Assembly (NCBI RefSeq): GCF_000315625.1
Contig: NW_005434585.1
Coordinates: 200,616-264,615, forward strand
Origin: Guillardia theta CCMP2712
Taxonomy: Eukaryota; Protista; Cryptophyta
DNA: 64,000 nt
Direction of reading: 5' to 3'
Position numbers and translations under genes: made by a program. Every line of letters begins with the position of its first letter. The first letter of the stretch is position 1. Below the pieces are notes generated by a model, which saw nothing but the letters and a program-made list of their open reading frames with translations, made no database searches and was not told the DNA's origin. Below, piece by piece: positions 13,048-24,699 of this stretch.

Positions 13048-13245
13048 GGTAGTCTGTATTGATATGTATCATCTCAGATTGGGCTCTACACTCTAACGTG
13101 TCAGGTAGAAGTCTTTGTCGGTGGCAAAGGCTGGGACCAGCAGAACGCATGCTCGACCGAGGAGCTTCGAGGTTTGAACCGATCGGTTGAGGTTAACTTC
13201 ACTGTAGAATGAAGACAAGTTGAAGACTACTTTGTCTTGGACAAG

Positions 13246-15840
13246 TTAAGATATGCTGCCTACTCCCTTAGATGTGTATATAGCAAGATTTTGCTCCTCT
13301 CCACTCAGGATACATCTTGCCAATCTTGTACGAACACCCCAGTCTGCAATCGCTTGCTGGTATCGGACGAGCCCTCGGGGACGAGCAGGTAACACGACAA
13401 CTGAGAAGTGAAGCAAAGATCACGGATGATCTCGTCGATCGGCGCCCACAAAGGATTCATCTGCAAGACTCAAATCATCTCATCATTACAATCCCCATGC
13501 TGCGAGGGTCAGTTTGGAAACATGGTTCACCGCGTTCAGGATGACGATGGCTCCGGCCCAAGACACGATGTACCCATGGGTGCAGCAAGCACCTCCTCTG
13601 ACCCAGAAGGCGTTCTCCCTCTCTATCCAACGGGGGTGACAGTGACCGACGAAGAGCAGCTGGCAGGAGAGGATCAGACATGGTAGGTAAGACAGGCAGA
13701 CCACCTCAGCGTCTTCCGGCGCAGCTTTCATGGCGTCGGCAAGGATAATTCCTGCATGTGAACATCAGCCAAGTCTCACACAACAATGAAGATCTTGCCC
13801 GCTGCGCTGGGAGATATCCCCTGCGGGAGTTTGCTGTCGTGCTCGAGGACCAGCGCTCGAGTCATGTTGTGCTTGGCAATGTGAGAGAGAAGTCTGCAAG
13901 GTTCGAGATGAGGAGGAAGAAGGAGGGTCAAATGTAGAGCAAACAACCTGTAATGACTCTCTGCGCAGCCAAAGGATCCTACGGACCAACCAGATCCTGA
14001 GAGAAAAGTGAGATGATAAGGTCGAGATATGAAGAGACAATGCGAACGAGGGGGGTCAAGAAAGAAGAGATAGTCGAAACGAGGAAGATGCTTGTAGAAA
14101 AGAAGGGAGGGAGAGGAGAGGGAATAGAAGAATAGCAGGAGAAGCAGGCAACAAAAGGAGGAGGAGAATGCCACCTGATCCAAGTAGCTGCTCACTCACT
14201 TGCAGGAGTGCGAACTCATGTGCGATTTTCTGTTGATACAAGATAATGTTCATCATGTCACGATGGGGGAGGGCGGACATTTCAAACGTGATGATGGGGA
14301 TTTAGTAAGTGGTGGTTGATGATTTGAAGATGACAGTGATCAGATGGAGGAGGAGGAGGAAGAGGAGGAGGAGGAGGAAGAGGAGGAGGAGGAGGAGGAG
14401 GAGGAGGACNNNNNNNNNNNNNNNNNNNNNNNNNNNNNNNNNNNNNNNNNNNNNNNNNNNNNNNNNNNNNNNNNNNNNNNNNNNNNNNNNNNNNNNNNNN
14501 NNNNNNNNNGACGAGCCGCAACTTCGTCAGGATGCTTCAACACAAGGTAGGAGGAGGAGAAGAAGTACTAGAAGAGCAGCAGGAGCAAGCAGCAGGAGGA
14601 GGAGGAGAACACCTCCTCGTCGTTGCAGCAGCTCCTCCACCACCTGCAGGACGGCGTGGTCTTGCTTTTTCTTCTTCTTCATCATGATAATCTTCATGAG
14701 GGGGGGGGGGGGGAGGGTGATCATGATGATGATGATGGTGGTGGTGTAGGTGGTGGTGGATGAGAAGATGATGAGGAGGAGGAGGAGGAGGAGGAGGAGG
14801 AGGATAACGACGACGATGATGTTTAGAAAGGGGAGGGGGAGGAAGGGGGAGGAGCGAGAGAGAAGCAGATGAAATTGATCACGTCATCATCGTGATGTCA
14901 AAGGAAGGCAACGATTTCAAGATCAAGTCTCAATCACCTCATACGCATCGAATGCCTCCCACTTGCTCGGCTGTTGATGATGTCAACAAGAAACACGATA
15001 AACAGAATGCAGCTGATGTGATGAAAGGAGGAATCTAAGAGACCTCGGGCAAGTTCATCGCCAGAAGGACGTCTCGTAGCCTATCCGCATCCAACCGCTG
15101 TCGGCAACTCTGAGGGAAATCGACCAGCAAGTAGAGCAGACCTGATGAGTGATAGTGACGACGAACACCTGCGAGAAGCTTGCTGGACTCTCTCCGTTCT
15201 CCTTCATCTCGTAACTTGGCTCCCTTGTCGCAAGCTTGACAGTTGAGTTGAAGTCGTAGGACAAGTTCCCCTGTCGCTCTCCTCTCATCGCAAGCACAAC
15301 AAGCTACAAGTCGGTCGACCTGGACTACCCGCAGGGTCAGCAAGACTGAGCTGGGGATGGTAACAGCGACATCGCCGACTGAGTAGTCGAGAGAGAGAAA
15401 GTGAGGAGCCTCCTCCCCGTCTGCGTACCTGCCTCGTTTCTTGTGAGCCGCTCACAGGTTAAGGAGTGGAAGGAGGCGCTAGGAGGAAGGAAGAGTAGGA
15501 GCAGGAGCAGGAGCAAGAGCAGCAGGAGAAAAAGAGTTTTCAGAGGAGGACGAAGAAAGGCGAGGACGAAAGGCGAGGACGAAAGGCGAGGACAAGGAAA
15601 AGAATGAGAACAATGGTCAGGAATCATAGAAAGGAGGGAGGAGAGGAGGACCTGTGCAGAACTCTAGATTCTTCGAAGGGTCGGTGATTATCCGACGATC
15701 TCAAAGTTATCTGTAAGGCAGCAATCGAGTCAGAAACCTTTGAGGTCTTGAGGACGTCATGTAGTGGACCTGCTCCTGACTAAGGAAGGTGACGTTCGGA
15801 CTCCGGCCGGGCCAATCGTACTCGTTGACTGTCAGATCGA

Positions 15841-15881
<41 letters not shown>

Positions 15882-17782
15882 TAGGAGGGTGAAGAGGAGG
15901 AAGGTTGAGGCTACCTCGAATTCGACTTGAAGGATTGTATTCGGGATTTCAGGGGAGAGGAGCTTGTAACCCATAGCTATGCGGAGGACCAGAAGGACTG
16001 GAACTTTGTCGAGAACCTTTCCTAGGATTGAGCAAGAGGAGGAGGAGAAGGGTTTGGGAGAGGGGGGGAATAGCAGCAAAAGCAGGAGAGTAATGACAAA
16101 GAAGCATTGACAACGGGCGAACTTACTCGAATGGTTGAGTTTGGAAGAGGGTGAGAGATGAGAGCTTGTTCAAATCGATGAGCGTTTGACTCCGCGTGAT
16201 AAATCTGACGGGCCATGACAAGCTGATGTCACTTTTTGCTTCAACTGCTCCTACCTGCTCAGCTATGGTCTTGCGATCCTCGTGCCTCTGTGGGTTCCTG
16301 CCGGGAAAATCTCCTGCATCTCCCCTCTGCAACCCTGCGGTGAACTGGCATCAGCTACTCTTACATCCTGCTGTCTGCAGCCTCACCGTATCTGGCCAGC
16401 ATTTGATCGATCTGGAGACGTTTGAAGTCCTTGTAGTTGTCTTCGAACCGTCGAGCCCTCGTGTTGAGTCTGGGAACCTTGAGTGCACACTAGTGATATA
16501 GAGAAATAAAGTAGGATGAAAGGTTCAGGGCTCCTTTGCATCATCCAACATCCTTGACATGTCTCGTCCCTCTCCCCACTTCTCACCTCGATCTCTTGCC
16601 AAGACCAGCTCCCCTTCCCCATCTGAACGGGCCTCCTCACTCGGTCCTTCCACCACACCAACATCACCATGGCAGTCCTCTGCTAACCTCACAACCACAA
16701 GAGCGCGAGAGTCTCACCACAATAACCTCCTGCCGGTCCGCAAGTGCCTGCTGCTCCAACAGTCCCTTCAGCACGGTGAACCCTATGCTCACAGCTGTCG
16801 ATCTTCCTCGCTCGCTGCTCAGAAGCACTGACACACGCTTCTCCCCCAGCTGTCGGGCATGTCAGACACAATCAGCAAGTTACATACGTTGTACCTCCGC
16901 CATTCGTATATGAGCAACGATCTGACACCTCCCGTCGACCGTGGGGATAAGACCGCCGTCCAGCAAAAGATCGCAAACGTCAACCTCCCCCCCCTCACCT
17001 CTGGATCTCGTGCGATCCGCACAGAGTCAGGCCATGTCGCTCAAAGCAGAAGCGCTCACAACATGGACGATGGCTCCTGGGCGAGTGAGGATCGGAACGA
17101 TAAGATTCCGTTCACAAGGATCGTCAGCTCCGAGCTCTCCGGGATGGCCTGCCCTCTCCGGAACGAGATCAAAATCTCCTGCATGTGACCGACACCATCT
17201 TCGACTAGCTGAAAGCTCCGTCAGCCTGCCTTCCTGCCTCGTCCCACTCTACCTGGTCCCCGTCTTGAGGTTCGTCGATGCTCGACCCGAGATGCTGGAA
17301 CCCGCGCGGCCTGTCCAGGATCTCCCAGCCTTCAGCGGTGCTGAACAGGGAGGACACGCCATCGTCTCCTCCGCTGACGTACTTGTGCAGAACTTGCGAC
17401 ATTTCGTGCAGCCAGCAGATGCTAGAAGGGCTGAACGGACGCTCGGGATGGCATGGATTTCACTGGCATTGCCAAGGAGAAGCGGGAGGGAGGGGAAGGA
17501 GACGATACAGCCAAGGTCGCAGTCCTCTGCCAAATCAAGGAGGTGGAAGACTTGCAGGTTCGAAGCAATCTCGCTCCGATCAAGGAACTGAGAGGCATCG
17601 GGGTCATCGACCATTATGGCATACCCCTCGTTCGACTTGAGAGCTCGCTGCACCAATGATGGCAGCAGGTCAGCAGCACGACAGGAGCACTCATGTCGTT
17701 CTTTCACATCCTGCAAACTGTGCGGGAGGTACAGGAGGACGAAAACCAGGAGGATGAGGAAGACCCTTCCTTGGCACTGCAT
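13246..17782 (-). CDS. Glycosyltransferase family 25-like protein with predicted N-terminal signal/anchor; multi-exon and spans an assembly gap
   Basis: C-terminal GT25-like motifs: FSQVFVVTITHQ..DRLRDVL, GSFGCAESHYR|LLSHIAKHNMTRALVLEHDSKLP, LLFVGHC, CCTHGYIVSWAGA, PLWAPIDEII..CYLLVP..FVQD. N-terminus MQCQGRVFLILLVFVLLYLPHSLQ at 17782. Linkage of the 5' and 3' halves is inferred. Confidence 0.7.
14410..14509. other. Assembly gap (100 N) next to a (GAG)n microsatellite
   Basis: N run directly after the (GAG/GAA)n tract at 14346-14408. Confidence 0.99.
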
Positions 17783-18994
17783 GTGACAGGGTTGTGGCAG
17801 CAAGGTCGCCGGGTCTTGTAGCGTGCTGGAGCGCGAGAACCGAAGTCACTGCTCTTGACGATGGGGTGAAGGACAGGAAGCATGAGGATGATGGAGGCGC
17901 CGACTATGGCAGGAGGCGCCGACGAGTAGCAGGGAGGGGAGCAGGGGCGGGGTTCTTGCCATGTCCTGTCGGGGCGACACTCGACAAAGTCCGCCTCCTC
18001 AAAATATAAAAGACAGCAATGATTTACGAGGGAAAAGTCCTAATGTAGTTTCATTGGATCAGGGCAGCAGAAATGGTGGGATTTTTTAGCAATCGAACGG
18101 GGTGGGTATTTCATATGTTGAATTTCAGGGGTGGGTAGTTGAAACTGGACCGGTGTCTAGAAGATAGGACATGAGATTCATGGGGTGTATTTAACACTAA
18201 AAAGGAGGGGTACTGATGTATAAAAACAGGATTCAAGAGTGGGGTGGGTAAGCAAATACACAAGGGGTGCAACTGAATTTGTGGGGGTAGGTAGTTTTGG
18301 TCAGAGGGAATAAACCTCGCTGAAAACATGGGGTGGGTGTAGGGCCACATGGTCATGGGGGTAGGGCACTTTACTAGGAGAAATCATTATGTATTATGTA
18401 TCACAAGGGTGGTGGGTACATGGGGATGGGGATGGGGTGGGGTAGAGAGGAGAGCGGATCTTTCAATGGGAGGATCAATACTGAGAGGAGCGAAACTTAG
18501 TCGGTGGGGATGCTGATGGGACGTATGATGTGAAGATGCTGAAAGATGCGATGATGTTCTAGCTCAAAGATGCTGTTTGTGAGAGTTTGCCCTCCTTTCT
18601 CTCTCAGTTGAGACTCGTACTAGTTCGATTCCACATTCGTACGTCTGTTGCAGGTAGTTGTAGTAGGGCATGGAGCGAGTCCTTTACGGACGATGGGAGA
18701 GGACATAGGCTCTCTCTCTGCTTCATGCCCATGAGTTGTCTCGCTGTGATCATAGTTTCGACAATCCGCTGCGAGGAAGAGATTGAGAAGGAGAAGTGAG
18801 AGCCGTGTACACCTGTTTTGAGCTCGTTTGAACCATCCAATGCTACAGATTGGAGATGTCTTAGATTAGGTTGTGAAGGTTTATAGCGTGGACTAGGTTG
18901 CATGTGCTGTCACCTAGAGTTGTTCTCCACCCACAGGCACTCACACACTGAATGATTCCACCGCCATTGCATTGACTCTCCCACTCAAGGCAAC

Positions 18995-20870
18995 ATGGGC
19001 CTCCGAGCGATGATCCTGCGGATATCTTTGAGTGAGTGACGGATGGCCTCCTCTTGTTCGGCTCTTGACTTGTCTTGACAGCGTTATCTGCCATGAGCTC
19101 CATCGACATGTGCTGCGGTTTCACTGGCTTCAGTCACTGCCCTTTTGCCCTGCGGTCGGGCGGGCGGTAATGGCCAATCCGCACATGTTAGGACGTCTGA
19201 CTCTCATGCAGCAGCCTTGTTTCAAGCTACACTCACAAGAAGACTCAGCTGTCTGCTGCAAGAAGACTCAACACTTTGAGCTCGGGAGTCCTCAGCCTCA
19301 AGGTGAGCTTCGGTCAGTACCGTCAGCCGGTTGAGGATCCAGCAGGCAGAAGAAAAGTTCGGAAGAGGTCTTAAAGCGAAGATGAAAGGTGAGATCTGCT
19401 GTGGACTAGCATGTCCGTATGACTTCATGTTGCAGAAGGACACTCTTTGGTCTACGACTACGTTGATGGGAGCAGCCCGGTTATCGTCTACCTGCCTGCG
19501 TTCAATCAGTCCAGGTAGTGACGCCAGTAATTTCAGAAGCACCTGATTCACCACTTGTCGCAGAATCACCTCAAAGTCTTCTGCTCTCCAGACCTGGGCG
19601 AAACGCAATGGGAAGGCTTTCTTCTCGGCAGACTACTATGGATGCGGGAAGAGGTGCTGTCCTCCTACATCCCTTGATGGCCTTGGCTACGTTCTTGACG
19701 TTTCCTGTACGTGTAGTGATGGGAAATTTGAAGACGGGACCCTGACGATGTGGACCAACGACATGATCACTCTGATCGAAGATGTACATGATGCAACTCT
19801 CCTGTTCTTTGCTGATCGTAGTCCAAGGTTATCAAAAAGCCTGTGCTCCTTGTTGGCTCTGGTAGCCTCCTCGTGCTCTGGCTCCTTGCGTTCTTGACCA
19901 GTTGCTGACAGGTGTGGGTGGTTGGGTTGGCCTGCATCTTGCTATGAAGAGAAAAAACCTTGTGCCTGCATTCCCGCTCGCCCGATTCGCAACTGACGTG
20001 TCAAACAAGGTGAGGGGCTTGGTTGGGATTGCAGCGGATCCAGACTTCACCACAGGTTTGTTTGTAGTGAGCTAGTGGCGCTTTGTTGTGGCATGACATG
20101 CATTGCAAAGATGTTGTCTTGCCGGAGCTAGATGACACCGTAAAGGAGAAGATTCAGGTTGGACGTGCGCGCGACGTTGTTAAAAGGGTTCTGAACATCT
20201 CGAACAGAAAGATGGATCTGCCATGATCTCATGGGGCGTGTCTGAGGTTGACTCTCGTGACTTCATTTCACAAGTGAACAAGTTTGCTATCAGTATACCA
20301 TCTCCAAGAAGTTCATCGATGATTCAAAGAACATGCTTCTCCTCCCTGGTACCGCAGATGGTAGAGATGGACAAGGTGTAGAGCTGAGATGGTTGCAGGT
20401 GGGTCGGAGAGTCTTGACATCAAGTGTCCGGTTCGGCTCATTCAGGTACAGACGCGCTATCCCCCTCACGACATCCTTGACTCGTCCTGCAGGGTTTGAG
20501 CGACGAGGAGATCCCTCCCGACAGGTTGCTGAGAGGGGGAAAGGGTCCAAGCCGCCTGACAGTCTTGGATGCCTTCCAGGGCGTTGAGAATATCCGAGGC
20601 CATCAAGTCTGACGATGTGGTACGCGCTGCCTCCTGTCCCCTGAAACTTTCTTGACGCCTGCGGCTGCTGTGACGTCTTGACGACACTCAGGTGGTGTAC
20701 TACGTCAAGGATGGCGACCACTTCCTGGATCAGGATGAAGACATCAGCAGGATGATCGACCAGGTTGGGCGCCAGGTGGCCGAGAGACTGTAGCTGATGT
20801 CGGCCGGCAGGTGCAAGAGATGTGCTCGAAGTACTTCGAGTTCGACCTCACCTCCCCCGGGAGCGGCTGA
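18995..20870 (+). CDS. Plastid-targeted ABHD10-like alpha/beta hydrolase (nucleophile Ser replaced by Gly); many short exons
   Basis: Spliced product: MGLRAMILRISLTLSAMSSIDMCCG-FTG..SGVLSLK (signal plus transit peptide), LVYDYVDGSSPVIVYLPAFNQSR, KSSALQTWAKRNGKAFFSADYYGCG, DGKFEDGTLTMWTND, PVLLVGSGVGGW, LVGIAADPDFT, IKCPVRLIQGLSDEEIP, VKDGDHFL. Stop at 20868-20870. Confidence 0.85.
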
Positions 20871-20967
20871 TCGGGCCAGCAATAGCCCTGAGACTGCTTG
20901 CTCGTCACTTGCGTGTGTGAAGCTGTAAACTGGTCTCATATCAACTCGAAGACGTCTCCTCCTCCTT

Positions 20968-22360
20968 TACGGTTTCAGCTCGCAGCCTGTAGTGCCCGCT
21001 GCTGTCTCTGTAGAGAGCACTCTGCATCCAACGATCAGCCTGCCTATGGCAACCTTGGAGTTCACCTGCAGCGTCTGCTGATCGACGTAGCCGTCCCGAG
21101 ACATTATCGCAGGAGGGATTGCAGCGACGCTGCATGGACGTCAAGGAGGCAGAGGCAGCAGAAAGGGACGGACCCGAGAAGGTGGATTTCCATGACTAGC
21201 ACAGGAGGAGGGTCTTTCCTCGACAGGAACTGAGAGAGTATCTTCCTCCCTTGCCGGGTCAGAGGCTTCGGCTCCTTCCTCTGCCCCACCGCGTGAGCAG
21301 CAGCGTGAGAGGGTTGGCAGCTGATGTTACCTTGGAGGTATAGTGGGTGTGAGGAGGGAGGACTAGAACTCCTCTCGACCCCTCCCTCATCGTCACGATG
21401 GCCTCGTTCAACCCTGGGATCACTGAAGCATCGCCCACCTGCCAGTCGTTAGCTCCCCGTGCCCACCCACTCCTCCTCCTCCTCCTCCTCCTCCTCCTCC
21501 TCCTCCTCCTCCTCCTCCCTCCCTCCCTCCCTCCCTCCCTCCCTCCCTCCCTCCCTCCCTCCCTCCTCCTTCCTTCCTTCTTCCTCCCTTCCTGCGCCTC
21601 CTTCTCCACCTCGAACACGAAGGGTCGCGGCGCGTCCTCGTCTTCTTTCATGTCGAGGACAGACGCGGAGAGGAGGGGCCCGTCTCGACCGTAGAGCCTG
21701 GAGCTGTAGTGGAGGACAGCAGCCGACCCTTCCCTAGGAACGATGCCCTCCCCAGCCTGCAGTTCCCTGCATGTTCCTCGTCACTCCATGCTCACCGCAA
21801 CCCGCTCAGCTTACTGGTATGTCCACGTCAGCTGCAGCGGCTCGCAGTCTATGCTCTCTCCTGCTCCTTCTACCAGAATCCCATCCCTCACCAACTTGTT
21901 GTATGTCGAGCCTGCCAGCACTAGCACATCAGCCACGTCGGAGATCCGATCCTCGCGCCTCTTCTACCTTCCTTCAGGATCCACCTCCCTGTGATAGGAT
22001 TCTGAACCCTCGTCCTCCTCTCCCCCGCCGCCTTGTCCTCGTCCTCGTCCTCTCGGTCCTCGGCTCCTAGAAGCGCATCGGACACCTTCCCAAGAGCCGT
22101 CGATACGTCGAACATGTCCGTGGATGCGACTGCAGCCATGAAGGCGCATCCTACGACGATGAACGTGATGCCTTCCACGCTTGTTTCCAGCATGCGCAGA
22201 GAGGAGGAGCAAGGAGGGCGAGGAGTGCGAGGCCTTGAGTGTTGCAGTGCCTCTGGCCTGTGTCTCGCAAGGCTCGAAACAAGAGGAGAAGGGGACGCGA
22301 TGGGGCGAGCAGTTGGAGAGAAGCATGCGAGGTGGGGGAGGGGGCGATAGTGGACATGGC
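20968..22360 (-). CDS. FKBP-type peptidyl-prolyl isomerase domain protein with an N-terminal hydrophobic helix; possibly plastid-targeted; ends uncertain
   Basis: ELQAGEGIVPREGSAAVLHYSSRL..RPFVFE|VGDASVIPGLNEAIVTMREGSRGVLVLPPHTHY..VLVMEIHLL follows the FKBP pattern. Upstream are a TM-like segment GITFIVVGCAFMAAVAS and a transit-like segment LAC-FSPTARP..SSSLRM. Confidence 0.75.
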
Positions 22361-22879
22361 AAGGGAAATCCGGAGCGCTTGGAATGTACGGGAGGAGGAC
22401 TAGATCAATGCAGGGAAGGGGAGAGGAGAGATGGGGAGCGAGGAAGGGAGGGGGGAGGGAGGAGGGGTTGCAGGCGTTGGAAGCGTCGGCAGCGGAACTG
22501 GGAGGAGGAGGAGGGGAGGGGCCGGGGGGAGGGAAATATTTTCAGGCAAAAGGTGTGTGAAAATGGCGAGGAGGATTCAGGTCGGAGTGGAGGGGGGCGA
22601 GACGGGGAGGAGGGTGGTGCATGCGGAGAAGCTTCTCGGCAGAAAGGATGGGAGGAGGAGGAGGAGGAGGAGGAGGAATGAAGAGGAGGAGGAGGGGAGG
22701 AAGAAGAGGAGGAGGGGAGGATATCTACGTGAAACGCAATGGAGGAGGAAGTAGAAATTCGCCAAGCAGCGAGATCGAAACTCTAAATTTACTTGACAAG
22801 TCATCGAGTTACATACAGTTACGCTGCTACAAGAGTCATATCTTGATATGTGCTAAAGGCGAGCTGATTGCCCTCAAAC

Positions 22880-23077
22880 GTCTAGTAGAATGTCCCCTCG
22901 TAGGACTCGAAGCCAGGGTTGTCCATGGTGCCGTCCGGCGACCTGATGCAGACTGTCACCGTCGCTGCTACAAGCGGCACAACAGGAGCAGAGAGCGGGT
23001 TTGTCGCTTCTAGAGTTGACAGACTCGCACAAAGTAGATGGAAATCGCACATGAACCCCAAGGGAGCGTGAAAGCAC

Positions 23078-23132
<55 letters not shown>

Positions 23133-23690
23133 TGACAAGGGAGCATGGGGATAACGCTACCAGTTGCCGTTGAGGACGGATGGGCTCTCGATCGCCGGGT
23201 CCATGGTCACGCAGCCGTTGCCATCCAGTGCGTTCATGGGCAAAACGCGGATCCTGGAACAGTTAGGTGAGAAAAAGCACAGAATAAGCACAAGAGAGCA
23301 AGCGAAGAAACATGAGGAAGGAGAGGAGGAAGGAGAGGAGGAAGGAGGAAGGAGGAAGGAGGAAGGAGAGAGTCCAAGAAATGCGAGGATGGAATCACGG
23401 GGTGGTGAGTAGGAACCTGCTGATGGCGCAGGTGAACAACTTGGTTGTGTCTGCAAGTCAAAGTGAGATGCCATGAATGTTCGAAACTGGATAGATGACA
23501 TAAAGAGCTGATATGGAAATTTCTCAATGGCACCGTCTCGCATAGACATGTCTTTCTGACCTCTAGATCCATCGCTGCGCACACTTTCTACATTTTCCCG
23601 CGCATCAACACACTTGCTGGGTATGAGTAGATTCATGCTAACAACTGTGCAGGGCAACAACTTGGCGACACTTTCAGAACAAAGCGACAT
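22880..23690 (-). CDS. Possible small spliced hypothetical gene
   Basis: Coding-like segments with GT/AG ends (e.g. EATNPLSAPVVPLVAATVTVCIRSPDGTMDNPGFESYEGTFY*), separated by a (CAG)n tract at 23082-23130. No family recognised. Confidence 0.25.
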
Positions 23691-24699
23691 GGCATCGACA
23701 CTAGAGTATGATAGTCTTCGACAGCGCTTTTAGAGCTGCTCTCCTGATCTAACGATGCTTCTAGAAAGATTTTCACTCCAACGGTTCAAGTCCCTACATA
23801 CAAGATCGACACCTCCCACCATACCAGAGTCATTACTGTTCCATCCTCGTTCTTTCATACCCACTTCAAAACATATCTTCCTCGTCAATATAATGTATTC
23901 TTGTCTCAGCCGACCGTACCCGCTCATAACGTACGTGGCATCTACCGGCTGTTTTCTTTATTTTTGCTCGTCTTTGATTGTGAGGATTGTCTTCATCATT
24001 CTCACTTACATTCCCCTCACTCTCTTCGCTCAATCACCATCACCATCACCATCAACATCACCATCACCATCACCATCGCCATCGCCATCGCCTACCAGCA
24101 CATGCTTCTCCCTCCATTACCCCATCACATCCACAGTTATCTTACCTTGCATCTTTTGCCTCTTCACCCCTGACCGTTACACAAGCCGTTTTGTTTCCCA
24201 CGAGTTGCGGGCCCGGGCCCGGCCTGACTCCGCTGCGGCCGGCCACTCGGAATCGGACTCAGTGACTGATGCATGGCAGTGCCGCAGTGCCCGCGGCCAG
24301 GCCGGCGGCCCGGGATTACGGGCCCGGCCCTCGATGCCCGAGCAGCCTCCCCGGGGACTGAATGCGGCATGCCCACAAGAACCAATCATGAATGGCAAAG
24401 GACGGTTTCAGCCTGGTTCGGACCGTCCGGACTCAGTATTGCTACCGTGACCGCCGACGGTACACTGGGCCGTGCGCCTCGGATTGGCTCGATGATGATC
24501 AGTGTGACGAATGTGAAGAAGCTCTCGGTTTGTTATTCAAAGAACTGAATCATCAGTCACTAAAGCACTTTCAAGCACTGAGAACAGCTCAGTAGGGTCC
24601 CTGACAGAGGCCCGAGGGAGCCAGGCCGAGTCGGAGTGAGAAACCTTCAAGGTACGGTTTCACTGTTATTCCTTGCCCAGAGAAGCACGAGTCTGTTGG

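Noticed and set aside
14130-14810. Apparent duplication on both sides of the N gap (14130-14345 resembles 14555-14800)
   Set aside because: The second copy looks like a smeared, repeat-biased version of the first, next to a (GAG)n tract and a gap. It is most likely a low-quality read end rather than a real duplication.
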